In this document: positions 47,153-56,282 of the stretch, piece by piece | Layout of the letters: each line of letters starts with the position of its first letter | Numbering within the stretch: the first letter of the stretch is position 1 | NCBI GenBank assembly: GCA_964619725.1 | Contig: CAZUFC010000026.1 | Coordinates: 9,729-73,728 of the forward strand | Direction: 5' to 3' | DNA from: an uncultured bacterium | GTDB lineage: Bacteria > CSSED10-310 > CAZUFC01 | Length of the DNA stretch: 64,000 bases | The notes under the pieces: generated by a model | What the model was told of the DNA's origin: nothing | The model's input: only the letters and a program-made list of their open reading frames with translations | Databases searched by the model: none | Translations under genes and position numbers: made by a program

Positions 47153-47557
47153 CGGAAACAGATAAAAAGGAAACCCTTATTCGATATAGACTGCAAAGCA
47201 GTAAAGAGAGATTGAAATCGGCGAAATACTTCTTGAGAATAATCAACACGACGATTCAATATCGAGGTCCTATTATGCAATGTTTACTGCTGCCAGAGCG
47301 CTTTTGGCATTCAGACAACTCGACAGCAGTAAACATTCGGGTGTGATTTCGCTTTTTAACAGATATTTCGTTAAAACCGGGATTTTAGAAAAGAAATGAG
47401 TAGAATTCTGATGAAATCAAAGGGTCTCAGGCAGAATGGAGAGTACGAAGATTTTGTGAAAAGCACTAAAGAAGAAGCTGAAAAACAGTTCAAGGAAGCG
47501 GAATATTTTGTAAATGCCGTTTTGAGAGTCCAGAAGAGAAGCCCGGAGATCGAGTAA
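47149..47557 (+). pseudogene. HEPN-domain gene with two frameshifts
   Basis: Three frames join as ..SKERLKSAK / ILLENNQHDDSISRSYYAMFTAARALL..SKHSGVISLFNRYFVKTG / ..LRQNGEYEDF..A..FV*. Shifts occur near 47225 and 47395. Confidence 0.8.
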
Positions 47558-47606
47558 GGTCAACCGTAATCGACATCCATTGACACAGTTCAGGTAATTG
47601 CGGTTA

Positions 47607-47636
47607 TTGACCCGGCATAGACCGTTACGCTATAAT
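47607..47636 (+). promoter_or_regulatory. Putative sigma70 promoter
   Basis: TTGACC-N18-TATAAT. Confidence 0.5.
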
Positions 47637-47741
47637 TAAATAGAAAAACATGGAATGTCGCTTCGAAACTGAAGCAGAAGAAACATCAGTGACGTTAATG
47701 TTGGTTTTGAATCAATAATTGGATGAAGGAGGAATGAAGCA

Positions 47742-48363
47742 ATGAAAAATGTTAAGAAAATAAGCATGATGTCTGTAATGGCGGCAATTGCGCTGATCGC
47801 GTCAATGTGGATGACATGTTCCATCGTTCAGGCTGATGATTTTGATCCCTACAGAATATACGTATACGCCGACGATTTTGATACGGACAAAGCCAGGGAA
47901 GACAGCTACGATCATTCAGTCTTCTGGCCGGAAAACGCATTCCCGCCGCCTGAACCGTATCTCTTTTATTCCTCCATGTACGGGATACCGCCGTCAGGAC
48001 CGAGGGGACTGGCGTTTGCGGATTATTATGGCGAGCCGGCTCATCTGAATTACTGTTTTCCAGTTCGCAATTCGCATTTTTTTTTCACAGGAGTTTGCCA
48101 TGGAATGCCGGCGAGTGAGGGGATACATAGAATTCGACGTTTTATTCAATGAGGACGGATATTTCTGTTATTCGATTTCGCATGACGGCATTCACTGGAC
48201 TTTTCCCATTCCGGTAGAGCCCGGACATCAGCAAATAAGAATCGGCTCAGACCAGGGTACATGTTACGTGAGATTGATGGGTGAGAGAGCATTAATGGAT
48301 AATCTGCGGGTCGTGCTGAAGAAAATGGAGGTCCAGGAACCATCGCACTTCTTTTTTCCTTGA
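47742..48363 (+). pseudogene. Secreted hypothetical protein split at a T9 tract
   Basis: A signal-peptide ORF (47742) and ORF 48100-48363 fuse into 206 aa if one T is removed from 48077-48085. Confidence 0.6.
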
Positions 48364-48502
48364 GACCTCACCTCCTGACCCCCTTTCCTTCACCAGACTA
48401 TTACACACACGTGACACAAGAGTTCGATTGGCTCTATTCTGTATATTTGATTTAAGATTGCGATGCCTATACCGACCCCGATACCCGACAGAGGCTGCGT
48501 GG

Positions 48503-48634
48503 GATCAAAAATGCGTCTTTTGAGGTTACTGTTCTTCCGAATTTCCCATCATTTTGTTTCGATATCAACCCCTGATTATCGAAACAAAATGTCAAACGTT
48601 TTGAAGGAAGCGTAACCCCGGTTTGATCAGTCCC
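48503..48634 (-). repeat. MITE-like repeat, family A
   Basis: GATCAAAAATGCGTCTTTTGAGGTTAC ... TTTGATCAGTCCC. Confidence 0.85.
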
Positions 48635-48697
48635 GAATGATCCATTGTTTAAATATGAGCCTGCCCACCCTAAATCTAAACAAAATCCCATCTGACT

Positions 48698-48736
48698 CCC
48701 CCTCTCCAGCCATGGAGAGGGGGCCGGGGGGTGAGG
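48698..48736. repeat. REP-like hairpin CCCCCTCTCCA-GCCA-TGGAGAGGGGG..GGTGAGG
   Basis: Perfect 11-bp stem; a degenerate relative lies at about 33528-33570. Confidence 0.65.
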
Positions 48737-48742
48737 TAAAAA

Positions 48743-51280
48743 CTAAGATGGATCGACAAGCCGGTGCAATTTTATCCCGGGTTTCAATTTTTTCCGTTCA
48801 TCGTCCGGACTATCCTTCGTCTGGTCAATACGGCGTTTCGCCTGGAGATACTCATTGTAAGCTGCAGATTGAGCGTCAGAAATCGATTCCGGTTTCCCAG
48901 TTCCGCCGGAAATGTTTTCAGCGTAACATAAAGCGCTGAAATAAAGCCTCTGCGCAGTCGATTCAAACTGGAAAAAATCAGCGATATCCGCCAGGGTATC
49001 AAGAGCTGCAGTTGCCGTGGAGTTACCGGGAAACCATCTTATTTTATTGATGAATAGGGAGGACGAAGCGTTTTCATCAACGCTGACGATAACGATTCTC
49101 GATTCTACCCTCTGATGAAATTCGATCATCACGTGGGACCATTCTGCTTTTTGAACGGAGAATTCCACTGTTCTTTCATCATTGAATGTAATTTTACCAT
49201 GGGCATCGACGCCGGCATTTTCTGATTTGACCGACAGCAGCATTTTTTTATAACGGGAGCCGGGCGGCAAATGAAATAGAATTTCCGCGCCAGGGGTAAG
49301 TTCCCGGCCGTATTGCGTCTGAAAATGAAAATAGGGATCGATGGGATAAGGGTAGACTTTTCCGCCCCTGTGAGTAATCCTTTCACGGTCTTCCGCTTCC
49401 ATTTTTGATGAAAAGACGCCGCACCATCCGAAAGTTTGCATGATGATTGAAAGGCCGAGGAGGAAAGCAAGTGATAATTTGAATGCAATGCTGATGAGTT
49501 TTCGTTTTTTTGCGAGCAGGATGAAATCGACCAGCAACAGCATCAGAACGAAAGACCATATCCATGTCATTTTGGAGGGTCTGACGACGGAGGGGAGCAA
49601 TTGAGTCAAAGAAAGATGGAGCGTGCTGCCCAGCGTTTCTATGGCATCATTGGCGCCGTCGGCGAAGTTGTAACGCCATTCGGGTTGTATGAACAACGCG
49701 CATGTCCATAGCACAGGTATGAACAGGCCCATAAAAACCAAGGGATTTTTAATGGTTTTATTTTTATATTTTCTTGCTGCATGAATGCTTATCAGGGGTA
49801 TCCAGAGAGGAATGACCGGCAGAAGGTATCTCAATGGCGGGGTGGGAAGACTGTGCCAGGTCCTGTGTCCCGATATGGCGATAATGTATGGCAGCGTAAG
49901 AACAAGTAGTCTGGAGACGGTATACTCTTCGCCATATCCCTTTTTTTTCAACCGCTTTCTGCGTTCCATCAAACCCGGAATAATCAGGATATAAAGAGGA
50001 GAAAAAAAGAGTAAGCCTGATTCCTGATCAATTAAGAGTCCGATAATGACTTTTGGAAAATCCGAGCCGGGCAGGAAAGCCGAAATTTTGCGTAAGCTGC
50101 CGAAACGATTGAAAAACAGGTCGCCTTTGAGCAAAAAATAATCGATACTTAAATAGACGGCGACGATGACTGCGATCAGGAGGGAAAATCGCAGTAAGCG
50201 AGCTTTATTTCTCATTAACGACAGGATAAGAAGCAGCGCAAAAGAGCAGCAGATCGGGGCATAGCGGAATTTCAGAAACAGCAGAATTGCGGTTATGGAT
50301 ATGATTATGGAGAAAGACAGTATTGTCTGTTTTCCGGCGGAAAGCTTCATGAAACAGATAAAGCCGACGAGGGTCAAAAGCGCTGCGAGCATATCCGGGT
50401 AAACCTGTGATGAGTAGACACTGATGGGCAGCGCCAGGCAGGCGGCAGCAGTCGTCCCAAGAGAGACGGCGACGTTATGAGTCGTTTTGAGGCAGGTTTT
50501 AAATATCAACAGAGCCAGAAAAGCGCTGATAAGGCACATTTCGATCAGGACCCCGTTATATCCGAATATGATATAGCCGGGAGCGAGCAGCAGGGGAAAA
50601 AGGAAGCCCAATCCCTGAGAATAGATTTTTCCAGGGCTTACGATGTCGGAGGGTTTGGTTTCCAGTTCATGCCTGTAAAAGGAACGATAATCCTCATCAT
50701 GGTAATTATTATATTGATTCATATCCTGGTCGTGAATCATGCTGTGCGTGATAAGCAGATAATGAGGTTCGTCTCCGAAAGTTGTGCCGGCTCCGCCGAA
50801 CCATCCGGCAGCCCCAAGAAAAAAGAGAAATGCCACAGTGAAAATGACCGCTGATTTCGGCTCAGGGAATTTTTCTTCCGGTTTTTTCAGCCCCCGGTTC
50901 GGATGCATCGTAAGAGAGAGAACGGCAGCAGTTTTAAAAAGAAGTCCGGCGAAGTAAAAAAAACCGAGGAACCATTCTTTTTCAACCTGATCGCTGAACA
51001 GAACAATCAGAATGGCTGATGAAAAGGCTATTGCATTGAACAGGAGGTCAATTATGAGCAGCAAGTCGCAGCGCGTTCTCCTTGAAACATTGATTTCCAG
51101 GGAAATCAACTTAAGCAGGAGCGAAAGCGAGAGATAAACGAAAGGCAGATAGAACAAAAGAAGAGGCGTCCATTGAAAATCAAAAGGGGCTGACGTTCTT
51201 AAGATAAGCGTCCTGTAAAACAAACTGAAAAAGAGGGCTAAAGCGGTATAGACGATAATATTTGAGATGCTCTTTTTCAT
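48743..51280 (-). CDS. Polytopic membrane protein, probable GT-C glycosyltransferase
   Basis: Many TM segments, GDEPHY in the first large loop, YSSQVYPD, GLLIDQE.GL..FSP, RYLLP. Confidence 0.7.
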   Translation of the reverse strand: MKKSISNIIVYTALALFFSLFYRTLILRTSAPFDFQWTPLLLFYLPFVYLSLSLLLKLISLEINVSRRTRCDLLLIIDLLFNAIAFSSAILIVLFSDQVEKEWFLGFFYFAGLLFKTAAVLSLTMHPNRGLKKPEEKFPEPKSAVIFTVAFLFFLGAAGWFGGAGTTFGDEPHYLLITHSMIHDQDMNQYNNYHDEDYRSFYRHELETKPSDIVSPGKIYSQGLGFLFPLLLAPGYIIFGYNGVLIEMCLISAFLALLIFKTCLKTTHNVAVSLGTTAAACLALPISVYSSQVYPDMLAALLTLVGFICFMKLSAGKQTILSFSIIISITAILLFLKFRYAPICCSFALLLILSLMRNKARLLRFSLLIAVIVAVYLSIDYFLLKGDLFFNRFGSLRKISAFLPGSDFPKVIIGLLIDQESGLLFFSPLYILIIPGLMERRKRLKKKGYGEEYTVSRLLVLTLPYIIAISGHRTWHSLPTPPLRYLLPVIPLWIPLISIHAARKYKNKTIKNPLVFMGLFIPVLWTCALFIQPEWRYNFADGANDAIETLGSTLHLSLTQLLPSVVRPSKMTWIWSFVLMLLLVDFILLAKKRKLISIAFKLSLAFLLGLSIIMQTFGWCGVFSSKMEAEDRERITHRGGKVYPYPIDPYFHFQTQYGRELTPGAEILFHLPPGSRYKKMLLSVKSENAGVDAHGKITFNDERTVEFSVQKAEWSHVMIEFHQRVESRIVIVSVDENASSSLFINKIRWFPGNSTATAALDTLADIADFFQFESTAQRLYFSALCYAENISGGTGKPESISDAQSAAYNEYLQAKRRIDQTKDSPDDERKKLKPGIKLHRLVDPS

Positions 51281-54200
51281 GGAGATTCAGCTTTTTCATG
51301 CAATATATCGATTTTAAGCGGCCTTACGCTGAATTTTTCATTCTTTTGAGGTACAGGCAGGAATGCGGCGACATCGACCTGGAAGACTCCCTTTCCGAAA
51401 GCTGAGGCAAATGTGACTTTTTGGGGAATGACAGGTTCGTCTAAAGTAATGCGGGTCAGGTAGTTATGTGCGGTATAAGGGATATCGAATTCAACGGCCG
51501 GCCAGGAGCTGAAGATGTCGGGTCTGCTGTGCGGCAGTTTACCTTTCACTGTAGGAAAGTCGTAAGCCTCTTCCGCCGTATTTCTTCCGATGATAATGGG
51601 AAATTTAAAATTACGATCTTCGCCCACGAATGTAACTTCAGCTATTTTAGTGTTAAAGGGTATCACGGACAGTACATGGGAAACCCGGGAAACCAGCACA
51701 AATTCACTGGACAAATGCGCGGCCGGCATCTTTAACTCTATCTGATCGTAACCGGCTATGGCCACGGTATGAGGTAAAACGAAAACAGCGGACTTCAGCA
51801 TATCTTTAAGTTTACGAACTGCTTTTTCATCCGGTTTTGGACCTTCGCCTGGAGAAACTTCTATAGAATTCAAAACCATTACATTATCAAAAAACATGGT
51901 GCGTTCAGACACTTTTATTACAGATTCGGGATCGGCAGGATTGATTTTCAAACCTGTGAAGAAACGTCCCGTCCCCATATCGAAAGGCAATTCCAGTTGT
52001 CTGTCGTATTGTAAGTTTTTGCCTTTCTGCAGAGTGATGGGGACAGAGCAGGAACGTTCCCCGGAGAAGAGACAGATTTCATAATCATGTTCTCCTGGGG
52101 AAGTTTCAGATGAGCGGGAATATTGAAAGGAGAAATTAAATCCCTGGCCTTGACTTATGCCGGCGGGAGCCAGGTTGGAACGGAATATCCTGACGTCATT
52201 AAGCGTGCCGCGTGGGGTATCTTCAAATTCGATGGGATTGGGAAGCGAATTCTTGGATATCAACGGTTCGTCTCGCCTTTTCAGAAGATTTCCGAGAAAC
52301 GGCCAGACGGGTGAAGGATTTACATTGACATAGTCGATGTCGATCGGACGATCTTCATTGCTCTCGCAACGCAATACCGCTTGACCGTTTCCCCGGGTAT
52401 TTTGAGTTTTAAAGGAGTATGATTTCCAGATATCCGTATTTATTTTTTTTCTGTCTATCATTTTACCGTTGATGAACAGAATCAAATCAACGGATTTCAG
52501 GCCGGGTTCAGGGCACCTGGCATTGACCAGGACTTGAGGATCAACTCCAGCCGCTATCAGGGGGAATTTGATTTCTTCCATTGGAGGCAATCGCCAGCTT
52601 GTTTTATAAGGCCAGATTTTCGAAAACGTTGAATGCCAGACCTTGCGACCCCCGGTGCGGACAGCCTCAGGGTCCTCTGCCTCAATTATCGCCGTTGATA
52701 TTTTGGTTCCCATTATGCCCATACACAAAAGAAATACCGCAAATAAGCATATTAAAGGAAACGGAGGAACGTTCCAGCGCGATAAAATATCCTTTTTTTC
52801 TTTTAATTTAAAATAGATTACCAGGATTCCCACGCCTGCCAGAGCCAGTCCCGTCAACTGGAAAATCAAAAAAGTATCCGGACGATCGAATAGGGGAAAT
52901 AAACGGTGAAGACGCAATTCGGTCATGTAATAGAGCCACTCGAAAAATTTGTTCGTCTCTCCGGGAACGTTAAACTGGAATGAAGGATTGATGAGAAAAA
53001 CGGCAGACCAGCCCAGGCTTAATCCCAGGGCGCTTTGAAACACAATTCCTTTCTTGCCGATTGCAAAATAGCCGACCAGCGGCAGGGATGCTAGAGCCAG
53101 CCAGACGACCATGAAACGACCTGGAGAACTGTAACCCCCGATCAATTCTGCGGAACTGGCTATAACTAAAAAATAGGGAGCCAGGAGGAAGATGCCTTTC
53201 AAGGTTTGAAATAAAATTTTATGACTTTGCGTTTCGTTTTTTACCCTTGAGATTCCCAATAAACGGCTGATTCCTGCAAGTGTAAACAGGAGAACGGGAG
53301 AATAAAAAAGTATGCCGTACTGCTGATCGAGCAGCAAAGCCAGGGAACCGAGCGCCAGACGGATCGGCGATGACATTAAACTATCCAGGTTGTGCCCGAA
53401 CAAGAGGGTTCCGAAGCGGTAAATATTGTATCCCGCAAGAAGAGATAGAAGCAGTATGAAAATGGCGGCGACGATGAGGGTAATTTTGCGGGGGAGTTTT
53501 TTTTTCGCTGCAGACAAAATCAGTAAGGGTATGGAGATCATCAGGTATCTCATTTTCAGAAGCCCTGTAACTGTCGTCAAACAGATCGATCCCGCTATGC
53601 GCGCCAGTCCCCTCTTAGTCATCATTAAATACAAATAAAATAATCCCATGATAGCGGCAGCTCCGAAAATTTCCGTATATATTCTTCTGGTATAGGGAAA
53701 CAGAGGAACTGTGAACATGAGAACGCACAGCGCCTTAAAAACGGCGTCGGCATTTCTGAAAATAAGCACGGCGGAAGAAAACCAGAGCAAGGCGAAAACC
53801 GCGCCTGTGATCGCCGGGGTAACAGCAGCGCCGGTTCTTCCCGCAAGGATGAAAGCCGGTAAAATAATCAGGGATGGAAGCGGGCTGTGACGCGAATATA
53901 AACGGCCGTCTCGATTGGGGTCCCAATCCTGGGGTCCCAGGGCCCGGCTCATGAACTCAAGAGACGTTTTCCGACGGTACTCATCCGTCAATTCAAGATC
54001 GCCATCCTCATACAGGCTGTGCGCCATGAGGATGAAATAAGGCTCATCCCCGGTCAGCTCGGAAAAGCGGCTTTCATATACGGCAAAACTGCTTAAGCAT
54101 AAAGCGAAAAACAGAAAGACCGCCGTCCGGTTTATGACTGGATTTTTTTTCTGATGAACGCTCGATAGGTATTTTGATGTAATAATGAAAAGTAAAATTG

Positions 54201-54546
54201 CATCGGTCGCGATAAATATCAGAACAGCGATTTTTAATAAAATAATCAGCGCAGCAGGTCCGATATTGATAAAAACAGGCGGTATCAAAGCGAAAAGGAA
54301 CCAGGTCGAAAAAAGACGTTTTTTTAAGAAATCGGATACCGGGGCCGCAGGCTGGAATAAAGCCTTTATAAAAAGTCCCATCCATGTGAATAAAATGAAA
54401 AATATGGAGGGATATATCGAAAACCACAAGACAAGGCCCCGGTTTTCGATTATTCCAATACGATCGTGAAGAAGATAAAAAATTATGGAAAAGAACAGAC
54501 AGATTAGAAGCTGAAGCAGTAACAGCATTGCAATGCGTTTTTTCAT
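51277..54546 (-). CDS. Paralogous polytopic membrane protein, probable GT-C glycosyltransferase
   Basis: GDEPYF..AHSL..DGD, Y..RIYTE, LLLDQQYG...YSP, GRF, and a large soluble C-terminal part. Confidence 0.7.
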   Translation of the reverse strand: MKKRIAMLLLLQLLICLFFSIIFYLLHDRIGIIENRGLVLWFSIYPSIFFILFTWMGLFIKALFQPAAPVSDFLKKRLFSTWFLFALIPPVFINIGPAALIILLKIAVLIFIATDAILLFIITSKYLSSVHQKKNPVINRTAVFLFFALCLSSFAVYESRFSELTGDEPYFILMAHSLYEDGDLELTDEYRRKTSLEFMSRALGPQDWDPNRDGRLYSRHSPLPSLIILPAFILAGRTGAAVTPAITGAVFALLWFSSAVLIFRNADAVFKALCVLMFTVPLFPYTRRIYTEIFGAAAIMGLFYLYLMMTKRGLARIAGSICLTTVTGLLKMRYLMISIPLLILSAAKKKLPRKITLIVAAIFILLLSLLAGYNIYRFGTLLFGHNLDSLMSSPIRLALGSLALLLDQQYGILFYSPVLLFTLAGISRLLGISRVKNETQSHKILFQTLKGIFLLAPYFLVIASSAELIGGYSSPGRFMVVWLALASLPLVGYFAIGKKGIVFQSALGLSLGWSAVFLINPSFQFNVPGETNKFFEWLYYMTELRLHRLFPLFDRPDTFLIFQLTGLALAGVGILVIYFKLKEKKDILSRWNVPPFPLICLFAVFLLCMGIMGTKISTAIIEAEDPEAVRTGGRKVWHSTFSKIWPYKTSWRLPPMEEIKFPLIAAGVDPQVLVNARCPEPGLKSVDLILFINGKMIDRKKINTDIWKSYSFKTQNTRGNGQAVLRCESNEDRPIDIDYVNVNPSPVWPFLGNLLKRRDEPLISKNSLPNPIEFEDTPRGTLNDVRIFRSNLAPAGISQGQGFNFSFQYSRSSETSPGEHDYEICLFSGERSCSVPITLQKGKNLQYDRQLELPFDMGTGRFFTGLKINPADPESVIKVSERTMFFDNVMVLNSIEVSPGEGPKPDEKAVRKLKDMLKSAVFVLPHTVAIAGYDQIELKMPAAHLSSEFVLVSRVSHVLSVIPFNTKIAEVTFVGEDRNFKFPIIIGRNTAEEAYDFPTVKGKLPHSRPDIFSSWPAVEFDIPYTAHNYLTRITLDEPVIPQKVTFASAFGKGVFQVDVAAFLPVPQKNEKFSVRPLKIDILHEKAESP

Positions 54547-54552
54547 GGAATC

Positions 54553-55341
54553 TTAAGTCATGAAGGTTTTACCCGATTTGAGTATATTCAACATCTCCTG
54601 GTGAATCAACCCGTTATTTGCAACGATTTGCGGTTTAAAAGGAGAAAAGACGCGTCCTTTCAAATCCGATACGATTCCGCCGGCCTCCTGCACAATCAAA
54701 GCTCCTGCAGCCATATCCCAGGGTTTGAGTTTCACTTCCCAGAATCCGTCGAACCAGCCGCAGGCTACGAAGCACAGATCGAGAGCTGCAGCTCCGCATC
54801 TTCTGATACCCTGGCACTTTACCGCAAAATTGGAGAAATGGTCCAGGTTGTTATGAGGATCATCCCGGATATCATAAGGAAACCCGGTAGCCAGCAAACT
54901 GTCGTTCAAAAGTGAAGTTTGCGAAACGCTTATTTTGCGATTGTTTTTATAAGCGCCGAACCTGCGGGCTGCATAAAACAGGTAATCGAAAAAGGGATTA
55001 TAGACGGCGCCGGCCATTACTTCATTTTTAACCTGGAGCGCCACGGACACGCATACGACGGGAAAGCCGTGAGTGAAGTTCGTTGTTGCATCAAGAGGGT
55101 CGATAATCCATCGATGAACTGATCCGGTGTCTCGATCCGCCGATTCTTCGGTTATAATCGTGTGATCGTGATGTCGGGAGATGATATATTCTTTAAGAAG
55201 TTTTTCAGAAGCCTTATCCACTTCGGTAACCAGATCGATGTCTCCTTTACGTTCAATCTGAAAATTTTTACCGTAACTATCCTTTATCAAGGCGCCGGCT
55301 TTTACAGCCGCCGTTTTTGCCGTCTCCAGAAATTCCTTCAT
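54553..55341 (-). CDS. suhB: Inositol monophosphatase family protein
   Basis: DLVTEVD, WIIDPLDATTNF.HG.P, LATGFPY, WE..LKPWDMAAG.LIV.EAGG. Confidence 0.92.
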   Translation of the reverse strand: MKEFLETAKTAAVKAGALIKDSYGKNFQIERKGDIDLVTEVDKASEKLLKEYIISRHHDHTIITEESADRDTGSVHRWIIDPLDATTNFTHGFPVVCVSVALQVKNEVMAGAVYNPFFDYLFYAARRFGAYKNNRKISVSQTSLLNDSLLATGFPYDIRDDPHNNLDHFSNFAVKCQGIRRCGAAALDLCFVACGWFDGFWEVKLKPWDMAAGALIVQEAGGIVSDLKGRVFSPFKPQIVANNGLIHQEMLNILKSGKTFMT

Positions 55342-55404
55342 AGAAGTCCTCCCTCTATTTTACAAGCCCGCCTGCAATGATGAACGGTTACGATTTTTTA
55401 TGGA

Positions 55405-55716
55405 TCAAGCCTTTCTTTCCTTAACCCGCTGCCTGATTTCATCAACGAGATTGAAAAGCTCCGATGCTTTGGACACTTTCTTGAGACGGTTTCCATAATT
55501 CATCAGATCGCTGTTGCTTACCGTTCTTTCTGAAGCGTCTTTCGCCCATTCGGGAGCGATCATCTTTCCGAGCTGATCCAGTTCGGTTTCCAGACGTTCT
55601 GCATGCTGGGGGAATTTTTTGATCAGCCGTTCGGTAATTTTGTTCCATCCGGGCACGAAAAATGTGCCGTTATAGAAGAGCTTTATTCTTTTTTCATAAT
55701 CTTGTTGCGTCGCCAT
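55405..55716 (-). CDS. Hypothetical protein
   Basis: 103-aa ORF with an AAGGGG RBS; helical and hydrophilic. Confidence 0.65.
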   Translation of the reverse strand: MATQQDYEKRIKLFYNGTFFVPGWNKITERLIKKFPQHAERLETELDQLGKMIAPEWAKDASERTVSNSDLMNYGNRLKKVSKASELFNLVDEIRQRVKERKA

Positions 55717-56182
55717 AATGGACCCCTTGAGATAAAGATAATGTTTGAACGGTCATCGGGGTAACCGTCGGCGCTCGTCGGAGTATACCTTACATAAGGG
55801 CGAATGCAAAGGATGGAATGGGAGACATTTCTAATATCCCGCATGCCTGGAGAATTCGAGTCATCCCGTTTTGAACGCTGAAGACCTTCTGAACAATATC
55901 CTCCGACGGCTCACATTATTCAGTATTGCATTTTCACGGCATATAATTTATCAGTCATCCTCCTCTCAATTTATCCTCCAACAGCCAAAAAGAATTAATC
56001 AATCATCCCTGTCGCGCTTTTCCACGAATTAAGACGCAGTGAAAACCTTCCACTCCAGAAAAAAAATATCCGACAGACAGCATCAGGGATCGAACAAACG
56101 GCATTCGCCGTCAAACATCTGAAATGATTAGTGATTTAACGCTTTCATGAGCAAAATTAACATGCCTCGTTAATATGTTGTC

Positions 56183-56211
56183 TTGACATTACGGCTGCTC
56201 AAAAATAGGAT
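56183..56211 (+). promoter_or_regulatory. Putative sigma70 promoter
   Basis: TTGACA-N17-TAGGAT upstream of the GH13 gene. Confidence 0.55.
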
Positions 56212-56282
56212 TCTGAGTCCTGATCGCTGCAGGACCATGAGTGCGATAATTTTCATAATCATGGATTCTTCGAGAGGTTGTT

